Shown here: positions 38,703 through 48,450 of the stretch, in pieces
Layout of the letters: each line of letters starts with the position of its first letter
Position numbering within the stretch: position 1 is the first letter of the stretch
Assembly: GCA_963695845.1 (NCBI GenBank)
Contig: CAVOIA010000006.1
Span: 269,645-333,644, forward strand
Source: an uncultured delta proteobacterium
GTDB lineage: Bacteria > Desulfobacterota > Desulfobacteria > Desulfobacterales > Desulfosarcinaceae
DNA: 64,000 nt
Reading direction: 5' to 3'
Notes under the pieces: model-generated
Databases searched by the model: none
What the model saw: the letters and a program-made list of their open reading frames with translations, nothing else
What the model was told of the DNA's origin: nothing
Made by a program: the position numbers and the translations under genes

Positions 38703-39291
38703 CTGATGCCTCGCCGACAGCCGTTTCAATAGCGGACCAGACCTCCGGGCGCCCCAGGCGGGATTTGGCGGAAAAGAGGATCAGCTCCGCGGCCGGAACG
38801 CCCAGGGTCCTCCCGATGGCCGCACGCTGTTGGACCCGGGCCGATTTGGACAGCTTGTCGGCCTTGGTCAGCACCAGAATGGGGGCGCGCCGGTAAAGCG
38901 CCAGCCAATCGATCAGGTTTTGTTCTTCCAGGCCCGGGGTGCGGCGCACATCCAGAATCAGAACGACCGCCCTGAGGGTCTCGCGGCCCTTCAGGTAGGT
39001 TTCGATCATGGGTCCCCACTGGCGCTGCACCGCGGCCGGTACCCTGGCATATCCGTAGCCGGGCAGGTCCACCAGGGAAAGCACCGCGTTGACCGTAAAA
39101 AAATTGATCAGCTGGGTTCGGCCGGGCGTGGCACTGGTCTTGACCAGCCGCTTGCGGTTGACCAGGGTGTTGATCAGCGAGGATTTGCCCACGTTGGAGC
39201 GTCCGGCAAAGGCCACCTCCGGAAGCTGCGCCACGGGATACTGGTGCGGTTTGACCGCGCTGGTGACAAATTCGGCCGATTTGACATTCAT
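38689..39291 (-). CDS. engB: ribosome-biogenesis GTPase YihA/EngB
   Basis: FAGRSNVGKSSLINTL, DLPGYGYA, TKADKL. Confidence 0.95.
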   Translation of the reverse strand: MNVKSAEFVTSAVKPHQYPVAQLPEVAFAGRSNVGKSSLINTLVNRKRLVKTSATPGRTQLINFFTVNAVLSLVDLPGYGYARVPAAVQRQWGPMIETYLKGRETLRAVVLILDVRRTPGLEEQNLIDWLALYRRAPILVLTKADKLSKSARVQQRAAIGRTLGVPAAELILFSAKSRLGRPEVWSAIETAVGEASDERD

Positions 39292-39295
39292 CCCA

Positions 39296-40435
39296 TCACC
39301 GCGCTTTGAGGTAGGCCTCCAGCCGATTCATGCCTTCGGCGATGTTTTCCATGGAGTTGGCATAGGAAAAACGCAGGTACCCTTCGCCGTTGCGGCCGAA
39401 GTCGATTCCAGGGGTCACACCGACGCTGGCCTTTTCAAGGATGTCGAAGGCCAGGGCATAAGAGTCGTTGGAAATGTGCCGGGCGTTGGCGAACACGTAG
39501 AAGGCCCCGGTGGGTTCCACGGTAATGCCCAGGCCCATCTCCCGCAGCCGGCGCACCATGAAAACGCGCCGCTCGTTGTAGATGCGTTTCATCCGCGCCA
39601 CGTCGGGGCCTGCCTCCTTGAGGGCCGCAATGCCCGCCTTCTGAATCATGCTGTTGGCCGCAATGAAAAAGTTCTGTTGAACCTTTTGAATGGGGCGCAT
39701 GAACGCCTTGGGTGCGATCAGGTAACCCAGGCGCAGCCCGGTCATGGCGAACAGCTTGGAAAAGCCGTTCAGCACGAAGGCGTGGTCGCTGAACTCCAGG
39801 ATCGAGTGTTCGCGGCCTTCGTAGACCAGGCCGTGGTAAATCTCGTCGGAAACGATCCAGGGCGCCATTTTAGCGATGGCGGCCATGCGCGCCCTGGAAA
39901 GCAGGTTGCCGGTGGGGTTGGACGGTGAATTGATAAAAATCGCCCGGGTGCGCTCGGAAAGTTTGGCCTCGATGGCCTCGGGGCGGAACTGGAAGCCATC
40001 CTCCTCGTAAACCGGCACCATGACCGGTTCACCGCCGACAAACTTGATGAAATTGGGGTAACAGGCGTAGTGCGGGTCGGACAGAATCACCTGGTCTCCG
40101 GGTTCGAGAAGGGCGGCAAAGGTCATGAAAATGGCCGGCGAGCTTCCGGAGGTCACCACCACCTGGTCGGGGTCCACGCTGACGCCGTAGGTGGCATGGT
40201 AGTACTGGCAGATCGCTTCACGCAGCTCCAACATCCCCAGGCTGTGGGTGTAGTGGGTAAACCCGTCGGTCAGGGCCTGACAGGCGGCGGTTTTGATGCA
40301 CTCCGGCGTGTCGAAGTCGGGTTCGCCCACCTCCAGGTGCACGATGTGCCTGCCCTCACACTCCAACAGGCAGGCCCGCTCCAGAACATCCATGACGATG
40401 AAAGAGGTCATCTCTTCGGTGCGCTTCGATGCCAT
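39296..40435 (-). CDS. pyridoxal-phosphate-dependent aminotransferase, class I (aspartate aminotransferase-like)
   Basis: SPSNPTGN and the PLP-lysine motif FSKLFAMTGLRLGY, with full-length fold-type-I similarity. Confidence 0.9.
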   Translation of the reverse strand: MASKRTEEMTSFIVMDVLERACLLECEGRHIVHLEVGEPDFDTPECIKTAACQALTDGFTHYTHSLGMLELREAICQYYHATYGVSVDPDQVVVTSGSSPAIFMTFAALLEPGDQVILSDPHYACYPNFIKFVGGEPVMVPVYEEDGFQFRPEAIEAKLSERTRAIFINSPSNPTGNLLSRARMAAIAKMAPWIVSDEIYHGLVYEGREHSILEFSDHAFVLNGFSKLFAMTGLRLGYLIAPKAFMRPIQKVQQNFFIAANSMIQKAGIAALKEAGPDVARMKRIYNERRVFMVRRLREMGLGITVEPTGAFYVFANARHISNDSYALAFDILEKASVGVTPGIDFGRNGEGYLRFSYANSMENIAEGMNRLEAYLKAR

Positions 40436-40489
40436 GCCACCATCTCCCTTGGTTGGGCGCCGACCGGGTTTCCGGCACGCAAACGGGCC

Positions 40490-41365
40490 CTATATCACCT
40501 TGTTGAGCGGATATTCGATGATCCCCTCGGCGCCCTGCTTGAGCAGTTCGGGAATCAGTTCGCGCACGACCCCGGTGCCCACGACGGTCTCCACCGAAAA
40601 CCAGTCGGACTGGTACAAAGAGGCGATGGTGGGCGCGTTGAGGCTGGGAAGCAGCTTGACGATGCGCTCCAACTTGTCGTGGGGCACGTTCATCTTGATA
40701 CCCACCATCTTGTCGCCCAGCAGCGCCCCTTTGAGCAGCAGGGCGATCTGCTCGATCTTCTCGCGCTTGGGTCTCTCTTCCCAGGCCCGGTGGTTGGCGA
40801 TCAACTGCGTGTTGGTCTGCATCAGCTCGTGAATGATCCGCAGCCCGTGGGCCCGGATGGTGCTGCCCGTCTCGGTGACCTCCACGACGGCGTCGGCCAG
40901 GCCGGAGACCGCCTTGGCCTCGGTGGCGCCCCACGAGAACTCGACCGCCACCGATATCCCGAGCTCCTGGAAATAGCGCTTGGTGAAGGCCACCATTTCG
41001 GTGGCGACCTTTTTGCCGTTCAACTCGTCGAGGGTCTTGATGGGCGAGTCGTAGGGCACCGCCAGGACCCACCGGGCCGGCCGCGCGCTGACCTTGGAAT
41101 AGACCAGCTCCTCCACAACGTGTACATCGGAGTTGTTTTCGGCGATCCAGTCCTTGCCCGTCAGCCCGGCATCCAGGGTGCCGCTTTCCACGTAGCGGGA
41201 CATCTCCTGGGCCCGGCAGATGGTGCACGCGATGGTGGGGTCGTCGATTTCGGGAAAATAGCTGCGGTCGTTGACGTTGATCGTCCACCCGGAGCGCTTG
41301 AAAAGGGCAAAGGTGGCATTTTGCAGGCTTCCCTTGGGAATACCCAGTTTGAGGGGACTGGTCAT
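40490..41365 (-). CDS. hisG: ATP phosphoribosyltransferase (long form)
   Basis: [11 protein letters not shown]..., [24 protein letters not shown], and a C-terminal regulatory domain. ATG 41365 follows GGAGG; the ORF track start is 41575. Confidence 0.9.
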   Translation of the reverse strand: MTSPLKLGIPKGSLQNATFALFKRSGWTINVNDRSYFPEIDDPTIACTICRAQEMSRYVESGTLDAGLTGKDWIAENNSDVHVVEELVYSKVSARPARWVLAVPYDSPIKTLDELNGKKVATEMVAFTKRYFQELGISVAVEFSWGATEAKAVSGLADAVVEVTETGSTIRAHGLRIIHELMQTNTQLIANHRAWEERPKREKIEQIALLLKGALLGDKMVGIKMNVPHDKLERIVKLLPSLNAPTIASLYQSDWFSVETVVGTGVVRELIPELLKQGAEGIIEYPLNKVI

Positions 41366-41739
41366 TTTTTGTAGACCTCCTTGGGATCGAAAACCGGCGA
41401 GCCTACGGTCTCCAGTTCGCCGTTGGTCACCCGCTGGTAAAAACAGCTGGCATAACCGGTGTGACAGGCCGCCCCGCCCGCCTGTTCCACTTTGAGCAGC
41501 ACCGTGTCGCTGTCGCAGTCCACACGGATCTCCTTGACCTGCTGGATGTGCCCGGAAGTGAGCCCTTTGACCCACAAGGTGTCCCGCGTGCGGCTGTAAT
41601 AGGTTGCCCGTCCGGTGGAAAGGGTGGCTTCCCAGGCGTCCCGGTTCATGAAGGCCAGCATGAGCACGGCGCCGGTTTTGTGATCCTGGGCAATGGCCGG
41701 AACCAACCCGCCCATTTTATCAAAATTCAGTTGAATCAT
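41362..41739 (-). CDS. hisI: phosphoribosyl-AMP cyclohydrolase
   Basis: [22 protein letters not shown]..., [35 protein letters not shown]. The start is at MIQLNF (41739), and the stop overlaps the hisG ATG. Confidence 0.9.
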   Translation of the reverse strand: MIQLNFDKMGGLVPAIAQDHKTGAVLMLAFMNRDAWEATLSTGRATYYSRTRDTLWVKGLTSGHIQQVKEIRVDCDSDTVLLKVEQAGGAACHTGYASCFYQRVTNGELETVGSPVFDPKEVYKK

Positions 41740-41952
41740 TCGATGTCGCTCCAAACGGTGACACGGCCGCGACCGTCTTGCGTGTCGCATCCGCAGCACC
41801 CCCGGTTGCAAAAACGTGACCTAAAACCGAACTATCTAACCATATCGACCCGGTGAGTCAACGCATTTTTTTTGCAACTGTGGGATAATCTTGCGAAAAT
41901 ACCGATACTCTGTTAGGTATTCGGTAATTGAACAACTCAACCTGGATCCACT

Positions 41953-44361
41953 ATGCTCAGAAAAAGAAGCACCTCTCAGATTCTGAAAGACCGGGCTCGC
42001 CGCAAATCCGGCGTATCCTTCGGACGCCTCATGAAGTGGTCGCTGGTCATCGTTCTCGCGCTGATGCTGTCGGGTGCGGCGACCGCGGTCGGCGTCTATT
42101 TTTATTTGAGCGACGACCTGCCCAAAATCACGTCCCTGAAAGATTATCAACCGTCCATCATCACCACGGTGTACTCGGACGACAATCGAAAAATCGCCGA
42201 ATTCTACAAGGAAAGACGCATCGTGGTGCCGCTTTCCGAGATACCCGTTCAGCTTCAACAGGCCTTTATCGCCGCCGAGGACGCCCGCTTTTACAAACAC
42301 GGCGGGATCGATCTGTTCAGTGTGGCACGCGCTTTCATCAAGAATCTGGAGGCCGGCGCCATCGTCCAGGGCGGCAGCACCATCACCCAGCAGGTCACCA
42401 AATCGTTTTTGCTGACGCCCGAGCGCAGCTATCGGCGCAAACTCAAAGAGGCCATCTTGGCCTATCGCATCGACAAGGCCTTCACCAAGGAGGATATCTT
42501 ATATCTGTATCTGAACCAGATCTACCTGGGCCACGGGGCCTATGGGGTGGAAGCCGCCGCGGAAAACTACTTCGGCAAGTCGGTCAGCGAACTCAACCTG
42601 GCCGAATGCGCCATTCTGGCGGGGCTGCCCCAGGCGCCCAGTCGATACTCCCCATTTCAGTTTCCGGATCGCGCCAAGCAGCGCCAGATTTATGTCCTGA
42701 ACCGCATGCTGGCCGAAGGGTTCATCGACAACACCCAGGTCACCGAGGCCATCGACATCAAGATGGACATCAAACCCCGGCGCAACTGGTACATCGAGCA
42801 GGTCCCCATTTACACCGAGCACATCCGCCGATACGTCGAAAGAAAATACGGCAAAGCGGCCCTGTACACCCAGGGTCTGAAAATCTATGCCGCCGTTAAC
42901 ATCGAGATGCAAAAAGCCGCCCGCCGAGAAATTGAAAAGGGGCTGCTTGAATTGGATCGACGCCAGGGATACCGCGGCCCGCAAGCGCATCTGGAGCCCG
43001 ATCAAATCGAGTCGTTTTTGGGCCAGTTGCAACTCGCCTTGCTTCAGGATCCCCTGGCCGAAGGGATGTCGACCAAGGGTGTGGTCAGCAACGTGGACGA
43101 CAAAAAAGGGACCGCCGTCGTTCAGATGGGTGCCGCCAAAGGGGTGATGTCGATCGAGGAGACGCGCTGGGCCCGGCACCCCAATCCCGACCGGACATCC
43201 AAACAGGAACCCGTCAAAAAGATGAGCCAGGTGGTGACACCCGGGGACGTCGTCCTGGTCAAGCTGGTTAACAAACCGACGACATCCGACGACATATGGA
43301 AAATCTCCCTGGACCAGCCTCCCGACGCCCAGAGCGCCCTGGTGTGTCTCGAAGCGGAAACCGGACTGGTAAAGGTGATGGTGGGCGGCCGGGATTTCAT
43401 GGAAAGCCAGTTCAACCGGGCCATTCAGTCCCGGCGCCAGCCCGGCTCGGCCTTCAAACCGATCATCTATGCCGCCGCCATCGACAAGGGCTTCACCCCG
43501 GCCTCCGAGATCATCGACTCGCCGATCGTTTTCACGGACGAGGCCAACGACTTCACCTGGAAGCCCAAAAACTACGGGCAGAAATTTTACGGGCCGACCC
43601 TGCTCAGAAAAGCGCTGGCCAAGTCGCGCAATGTGGTCACGATCAAGATCCTTCAGGAAATCGGGATCGACTATTGTATCGACTATGCCAGAAAGTTGGG
43701 TATCGAATCGGAGATGCCCCGGGACCTGTCGATTGCCTTGGGTTCGTCGGGCGTTTCCCTGTTGGAACTGGTCAACGCCTATGCCGTTTTCGCCAACCAG
43801 GGCTATCTGATTGAACCGGCCTTTATCACCAAGATCGAAGATCGCTTTGGAAACGTTCTGGAAGAGATGAATCCATCCCGCAAACGGGCCATCGACAAGA
43901 GCACGGCCTATATCATGACCAGCCTGATGGAGAGCGTGGTCACAGAGGGAACCGGCCGACGTGCCAAGCGCTTGAATCGGCCAGTGGCCGCCAAAACGGG
44001 GACCACCAACGATCTTCAGGACGCCTGGTTCGTGGGATACACGCCGCGCTTCATCACCGGCGTCTGGGTGGGCCACGACAACGGGCAGACGCTGGGCAAG
44101 GGCGAAACCGGGTCGCTTACGGCCAGCCCGATCTGGCTCGGTTTCATGGAGGCGATTTTAAAAGGTACCCCGGTACAGACCTTCCCGGTTCCCGAAGGGG
44201 TGGTGTTCGCCAAAATTGACACGGAAACGGGGCTGTTGCCGATCCCGGAATCCAAGGCGACCCGCTTTGAATGTTTCAAGGAGGGAACCGCACCGACCGA
44301 ATACACGCCCACCCCGGACACCATCGTGGATGCCGAATCGTTTTTCAAGTCCGACATGTAA
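41953..44361 (+). CDS. mrcA: penicillin-binding protein 1A (bifunctional transglycosylase/transpeptidase)
   Basis: Glycosyltransferase motifs (AFIAAEDARFYKHGGID, GGSTITQQV, RKLKEA) and transpeptidase motifs (PGSAFKP, KTGTTND), with an N-terminal TM anchor. Confidence 0.95.
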   Translation: MLRKRSTSQILKDRARRKSGVSFGRLMKWSLVIVLALMLSGAATAVGVYFYLSDDLPKITSLKDYQPSIITTVYSDDNRKIAEFYKERRIVVPLSEIPVQLQQAFIAAEDARFYKHGGIDLFSVARAFIKNLEAGAIVQGGSTITQQVTKSFLLTPERSYRRKLKEAILAYRIDKAFTKEDILYLYLNQIYLGHGAYGVEAAAENYFGKSVSELNLAECAILAGLPQAPSRYSPFQFPDRAKQRQIYVLNRMLAEGFIDNTQVTEAIDIKMDIKPRRNWYIEQVPIYTEHIRRYVERKYGKAALYTQGLKIYAAVNIEMQKAARREIEKGLLELDRRQGYRGPQAHLEPDQIESFLGQLQLALLQDPLAEGMSTKGVVSNVDDKKGTAVVQMGAAKGVMSIEETRWARHPNPDRTSKQEPVKKMSQVVTPGDVVLVKLVNKPTTSDDIWKISLDQPPDAQSALVCLEAETGLVKVMVGGRDFMESQFNRAIQSRRQPGSAFKPIIYAAAIDKGFTPASEIIDSPIVFTDEANDFTWKPKNYGQKFYGPTLLRKALAKSRNVVTIKILQEIGIDYCIDYARKLGIESEMPRDLSIALGSSGVSLLELVNAYAVFANQGYLIEPAFITKIEDRFGNVLEEMNPSRKRAIDKSTAYIMTSLMESVVTEGTGRRAKRLNRPVAAKTGTTNDLQDAWFVGYTPRFITGVWVGHDNGQTLGKGETGSLTASPIWLGFMEAILKGTPVQTFPVPEGVVFAKIDTETGLLPIPESKATRFECFKEGTAPTEYTPTPDTIVDAESFFKSDM

Positions 44362-44367
44362 CCGGCA

Positions 44368-46830
44368 ATGAAATTAAGATCCATCCTGCAGATTCTATCC
44401 CTGCTAGCCTTCATTTCGGCCTGCAGCGCCGGATTCCTCTACTATCGGTTCCTAAAGGAGTACGCCACCCAGGAAGCCGAACGCCACGTCACCGAACGCC
44501 TGCAGACCACCAAGAAAAACCTCTCCACCTTCTTTTCCGAGAACGTCAAGCCCGTGCGCCTGTTGGCCGGGATGCAGCCGTTGGTGGATGCGCTGAATCA
44601 CAGCACGCCCGAGACCCTGAACGCGGCCAATGCGCTGTTGGATCTGTACCAACAGCGCCTGGATGTCGAAACCTGCTATCTGATGGACGATGGCGGCAAC
44701 ACGATCGCCTCATCCAACCGCCATTCGCCGGACAGCTTCGTCGGCATCAATTTTTCGTTCCGGCCCTATTTTCAGCAGGCCATACAGGGGTTGCCGTCCA
44801 GTTACCTGGCCCTGGGCACGGCCTCACGCAAACGGGGGGCCTATTACGGCTACCCGGTGTACCGCGACGGCGAGGACACCCCCTTGGGAATCGTGGTCAT
44901 CAAGGCCTCGATCTATTTCGTGGAAAAGGAGCTGACCCAGGAGCCGAGCAGCATTCAACTGGTCGTCAGTCCCCTGGGCGTTATTTTCATCTCCAGCCAT
45001 CCCGACTGGCTCTACCAACTGCTGTGGCGCCCTGGTCCGAACGACCTTGAGCAGTTGCGCCAATCCCGCCAGTTCGGCAATGGACCCTGGCAATGGACGG
45101 GCATCCGCAGAGACGGCGGCCGACGGGTGGTCGATGCCTTCGGAAAAGCCTATCTGTACCAGGAGGTCGACGTCGACAACTACCCGGACTGGAAAATCGT
45201 GTACCTGTATGACCTGGCCGCAGCCTCGAATATCGTTTCCGAGTCCCTGTCGAAAATCGTGCTGCCGGTTATCGTCATCCTGTGCACCCTGCTGGGACTG
45301 TCGATCAGCTTTCTTTACAGCCGCGCCAACCAGGAAATCGTGCGCCGCCGCAGTGTGGAGGGTGTGCTGCGCAAAAGCGAGGAGCGCTACCGCAGTCTCT
45401 ACCACCACACGCCCGCCATGCTTCACTCCATCGATCCAAACGGCCGCCTGCTCAGCGTCAGCGACTACTGGTCCGAAGCGCTCGGCTACACCCGCGAGGA
45501 GGTCCGGGGCAAAAAACTGACCGATTATCTGACCCCGGCCTCCCGACAATTCGCCGAAACACAGGTCTTGCCGGCCTTTTTTAAAAACGGGTTCATCAAG
45601 AATGTACCCTATCAGTTTGTCAAGAAAAACGGTCAGATCATCGAAACCCAGCTTTCGGCGATCTCCGAGCGTGACGAAAATCAGCGCACGGTCCGGTCCC
45701 TGGCCGTATCCATAGACGTCAGCGAACGCAACCGGGCCGAGCGGGCGCTCAAGGAGGCCAAAGAGGCCTTGAGCCGCTACTCCAAAAATCTAGAGCGACA
45801 GGTCCGCAAGCGCACCCGTGAAATTTCCGGTATTTTGAAATACAGTCCGGCCGTGATCTACATCAAGGATGCCGACGGCAAATACAGCATGGTCAACTCA
45901 CGCTTCGAAAAGCTGTTCGGCATTCAATCCAGCGACGTTCGCGGCAAAACCGACCCGGACTTCCTGTCCGCGGAGGTCGCCGAGCAATTTTTGAAAAACG
46001 ACGAGCGGGTACTTCAAGAAAAGCAGTCGCTTCAGGTTGAGGAACAGTTCGTCATCGATGGACACGTCTATACTTTTTTGAGCACCAAATTTCCCCTGTA
46101 CGACGACAAGGGCCGCGTCACCGGCGTGTGCGGCATCGCCACCAACATCACCGTTTTGAAAAAAGCCCAGGAGCAGCTGCGACGCCTGTCGGCCGGCATC
46201 ATGAATGCCCAGGAACAGGAGCGCGCTTATTTGGCGCGGGAACTGCATGATGAACTTGGGCAGGTGCTGACCGCCCTGCGCATGGATGCGGTCTGGATTC
46301 AAAAGCGGGTCCGGCAATCCGACCCGACCCTGGGCGCACGTGCATTGACAATGTGCGATCTCATCGATACAACCATAGAAAATGTCCGCAATCTGGCCAT
46401 TCGGCTGCGGCCGGGCGTTCTGGATCATCTGGGCCTGGTGGAAGCCATCGAGTGGGTGACGGCCGATTTCGAGAAGCGATACGGGATCACCTGTGTGTTT
46501 AAAAACAGCGACGGCCCCGAGATCCGCGGCCACATCGCCACCGCCGCCTACCGGATCATCCAGGAAACCCTGACCAACGTGGCCCGGCACGCCTCGGCCA
46601 CGCGGACGACGGTCAGCATGTCCATTGTGGGCCGGCAGTTGACCTTTACCATCGCGGACAACGGCGCCGGGTTCGACCCCCGGACGCTGGGGGACAGCGC
46701 GGGTCTAGGAATGACCAACATGCGCGAGCGAGCCAATTTGGTGGGCGGTGTTTTCGACGTGCAATCCACTTTGGGCAAGGGGACCCGGATCTGCTTTACC
46801 GTGCCCCTGCCCGCATCCAACCAGACATAG
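44368..46830 (+). CDS. sensor histidine kinase (periplasmic sensor domain, two PAS domains, HisKA_3/HATPase)
   Basis: Two TM helices flank a periplasmic domain of about 270 aa. There are PAS-like segments, the H-box ARELHDELGQ (NarX/DegS type), and ATPase G-boxes (DNGAGF, GLGMTNMRERA). Confidence 0.9.
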   Translation: MKLRSILQILSLLAFISACSAGFLYYRFLKEYATQEAERHVTERLQTTKKNLSTFFSENVKPVRLLAGMQPLVDALNHSTPETLNAANALLDLYQQRLDVETCYLMDDGGNTIASSNRHSPDSFVGINFSFRPYFQQAIQGLPSSYLALGTASRKRGAYYGYPVYRDGEDTPLGIVVIKASIYFVEKELTQEPSSIQLVVSPLGVIFISSHPDWLYQLLWRPGPNDLEQLRQSRQFGNGPWQWTGIRRDGGRRVVDAFGKAYLYQEVDVDNYPDWKIVYLYDLAAASNIVSESLSKIVLPVIVILCTLLGLSISFLYSRANQEIVRRRSVEGVLRKSEERYRSLYHHTPAMLHSIDPNGRLLSVSDYWSEALGYTREEVRGKKLTDYLTPASRQFAETQVLPAFFKNGFIKNVPYQFVKKNGQIIETQLSAISERDENQRTVRSLAVSIDVSERNRAERALKEAKEALSRYSKNLERQVRKRTREISGILKYSPAVIYIKDADGKYSMVNSRFEKLFGIQSSDVRGKTDPDFLSAEVAEQFLKNDERVLQEKQSLQVEEQFVIDGHVYTFLSTKFPLYDDKGRVTGVCGIATNITVLKKAQEQLRRLSAGIMNAQEQERAYLARELHDELGQVLTALRMDAVWIQKRVRQSDPTLGARALTMCDLIDTTIENVRNLAIRLRPGVLDHLGLVEAIEWVTADFEKRYGITCVFKNSDGPEIRGHIATAAYRIIQETLTNVARHASATRTTVSMSIVGRQLTFTIADNGAGFDPRTLGDSAGLGMTNMRERANLVGGVFDVQSTLGKGTRICFTVPLPASNQT

Positions 46831-46870
46831 CGTCCCTTTTCGGGAGCACACCGGCTGGGCGAAGGTCATC

Positions 46871-47509
46871 ATGATCAAGGTACTGCTGGCGGACGACCAC
46901 AGCATTGTTCGAGCTGGACTGCGCCGGATCGTTGAAGAGAGCGATGATATCGAGGTGATCGCCGAGGCATCGGATGGCCGGGAGGCGATCCTGGCCGTAC
47001 GCAAAAACCGTCCGGACGTGGCCGTCATCGACATTTCCATGCCGGTACTCGATGGGCTGGAGGTGATCACCCAACTCAAAAGCGAATACCCTGACATCCC
47101 CATTCTGGTGCTGACCATGCACGAAGAACACCAATATGTCATTCGCGCCATAGAAACTGGTGCCATGGGCTACATCACCAAACAGAGTGCGCCGGAGCAG
47201 TTGGTCAAAGCCATTCGCAAGGTTTATTCCGGTTCGCTTTTCCTGTCGGACGAGGCCGCCGAAGCGCTGGCCCTGCGGGTGGCCAAAGGCAACAAAACCG
47301 AATCGCCGCTGGACACCCTGTCGACGCGGGAGCTTCAAGTGCTCAGACGTCTGGCCATGGGCAACACCAATCGGGAAATCGCAGACGCCTATCACATCAG
47401 CATCAAGACCGTGGACACCTATCGCTTTCGGCTGCTCAAAAAGTTGAATCTGCGCAACAATGCCGAATTGTCCCGTTTCGCCATCCAGAACCAGTTGATC
47501 GATGCCTAA
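46871..47509 (+). CDS. NarL/LuxR-family response regulator
   Basis: Receiver domain (MIKVLLADDHSIVRAGL..., DISMPVLDG) and LuxR HTH (LSTRELQVLRRLAMGNTNREIADAYHISIKTVDTYR). Confidence 0.92.
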   Translation: MIKVLLADDHSIVRAGLRRIVEESDDIEVIAEASDGREAILAVRKNRPDVAVIDISMPVLDGLEVITQLKSEYPDIPILVLTMHEEHQYVIRAIETGAMGYITKQSAPEQLVKAIRKVYSGSLFLSDEAAEALALRVAKGNKTESPLDTLSTRELQVLRRLAMGNTNREIADAYHISIKTVDTYRFRLLKKLNLRNNAELSRFAIQNQLIDA

Positions 47510-47539
47510 GCGGGCGGTTTTTGAAAAAACAGACCCTGT

Positions 47540-48430
47540 TTATCGGTTTGCGAAAAGTCGGATAGCGGCCTGCCGGACGCCGCTGTCCGTGTCCGACAAC
47601 AGCTGCTCGAGGCCATCCCAGAGCGACCGGTAGTCGCAAGACGGCAGCGCCTTCAGGTTTTCGATCACCTGACGGCGGATCTGCGGATCGTCGTCGGACA
47701 GCAGTTGACCATAGCCATGCAAAAGGGTTTTGGACAGCGGCAGCATTCCCAGACCACACAGGGCGTCCAGGCGCAAGGCGGCCGGTAGGGTGGCCATCGA
47801 TTCCAGGTAGGTCGTGACGATGCGACCGGTCGGTCGCTCGAATCGCCAGAGGTTGAGCAGAATGCAGCGTCGAAGGTCCTGGCGGGCGCTGTTGAGCTCG
47901 CCGGTCAAGCGTTCAAAAGCCTCCGTCGTAGCCACCGAGGCAAGCGCTACCACCACCGCCTCGCCGACATCGTGGTCCGGGTCGCCGAGGTGCACCAGAA
48001 GTGGCGCCACGGCCGCCCGATGGTTGTGCCACCCAAGGGCGATGGCACAGTTGGCGCGAACCACGGGACAGGGATGGTCGAGGTGCGCTATCAGGGCCTC
48101 GACCAGCATTTGAGAATCGTCGCTCGCCGCGGCCGCCAGGCTCAGCTGCAGCGCCGCCAGGCGACGAACGGTTTCGTCGATCCCATCTTCGACGATCAGC
48201 CCGAAGAGCGGTTCGAGCACACGCTCGTCGCCACGGTATCCAAGCCGGGGAACGATCCGGGAGAGCAGGGCCGTGTCGGCAAAGGGCAGCGCGTCGATCA
48301 GCACGCAAAGCGATTCGGGCATCTCGTTGAAAGCGCTCGGCGGCGCGGCAAGGTATCGCCGTACCTTTTCCAGTATCCGATCCGAACGGTTCAGGGGAAC
48401 CAGCGTTGCCGTTTTCATATCTGGCGACAT
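47540..48430 (-). CDS. HEAT-repeat protein
   Basis: Repeated HEAT/PBS-lyase-like units (VRANCAIALGWHNHRAAVAPLLVHLGDPDHDVGEAVVVALASV, DPQIRRQVIENLK, DSGVRQAAIRLF). The start at 48430 lies 20 nt after the upstream helicase stop; the ORF track start is 48715. Confidence 0.7.
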   Translation of the reverse strand: MSPDMKTATLVPLNRSDRILEKVRRYLAAPPSAFNEMPESLCVLIDALPFADTALLSRIVPRLGYRGDERVLEPLFGLIVEDGIDETVRRLAALQLSLAAAASDDSQMLVEALIAHLDHPCPVVRANCAIALGWHNHRAAVAPLLVHLGDPDHDVGEAVVVALASVATTEAFERLTGELNSARQDLRRCILLNLWRFERPTGRIVTTYLESMATLPAALRLDALCGLGMLPLSKTLLHGYGQLLSDDDPQIRRQVIENLKALPSCDYRSLWDGLEQLLSDTDSGVRQAAIRLFANR

Positions 48431-48450
48431 GCCAAGCGCCGAAATCCTTC

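Noticed and set aside
42499-44076. 525-aa minus-strand ORF opposite the PBP1A gene
   Set aside because: It is antisense to a gene that carries all the PBP1A motifs, so it is a shadow ORF.
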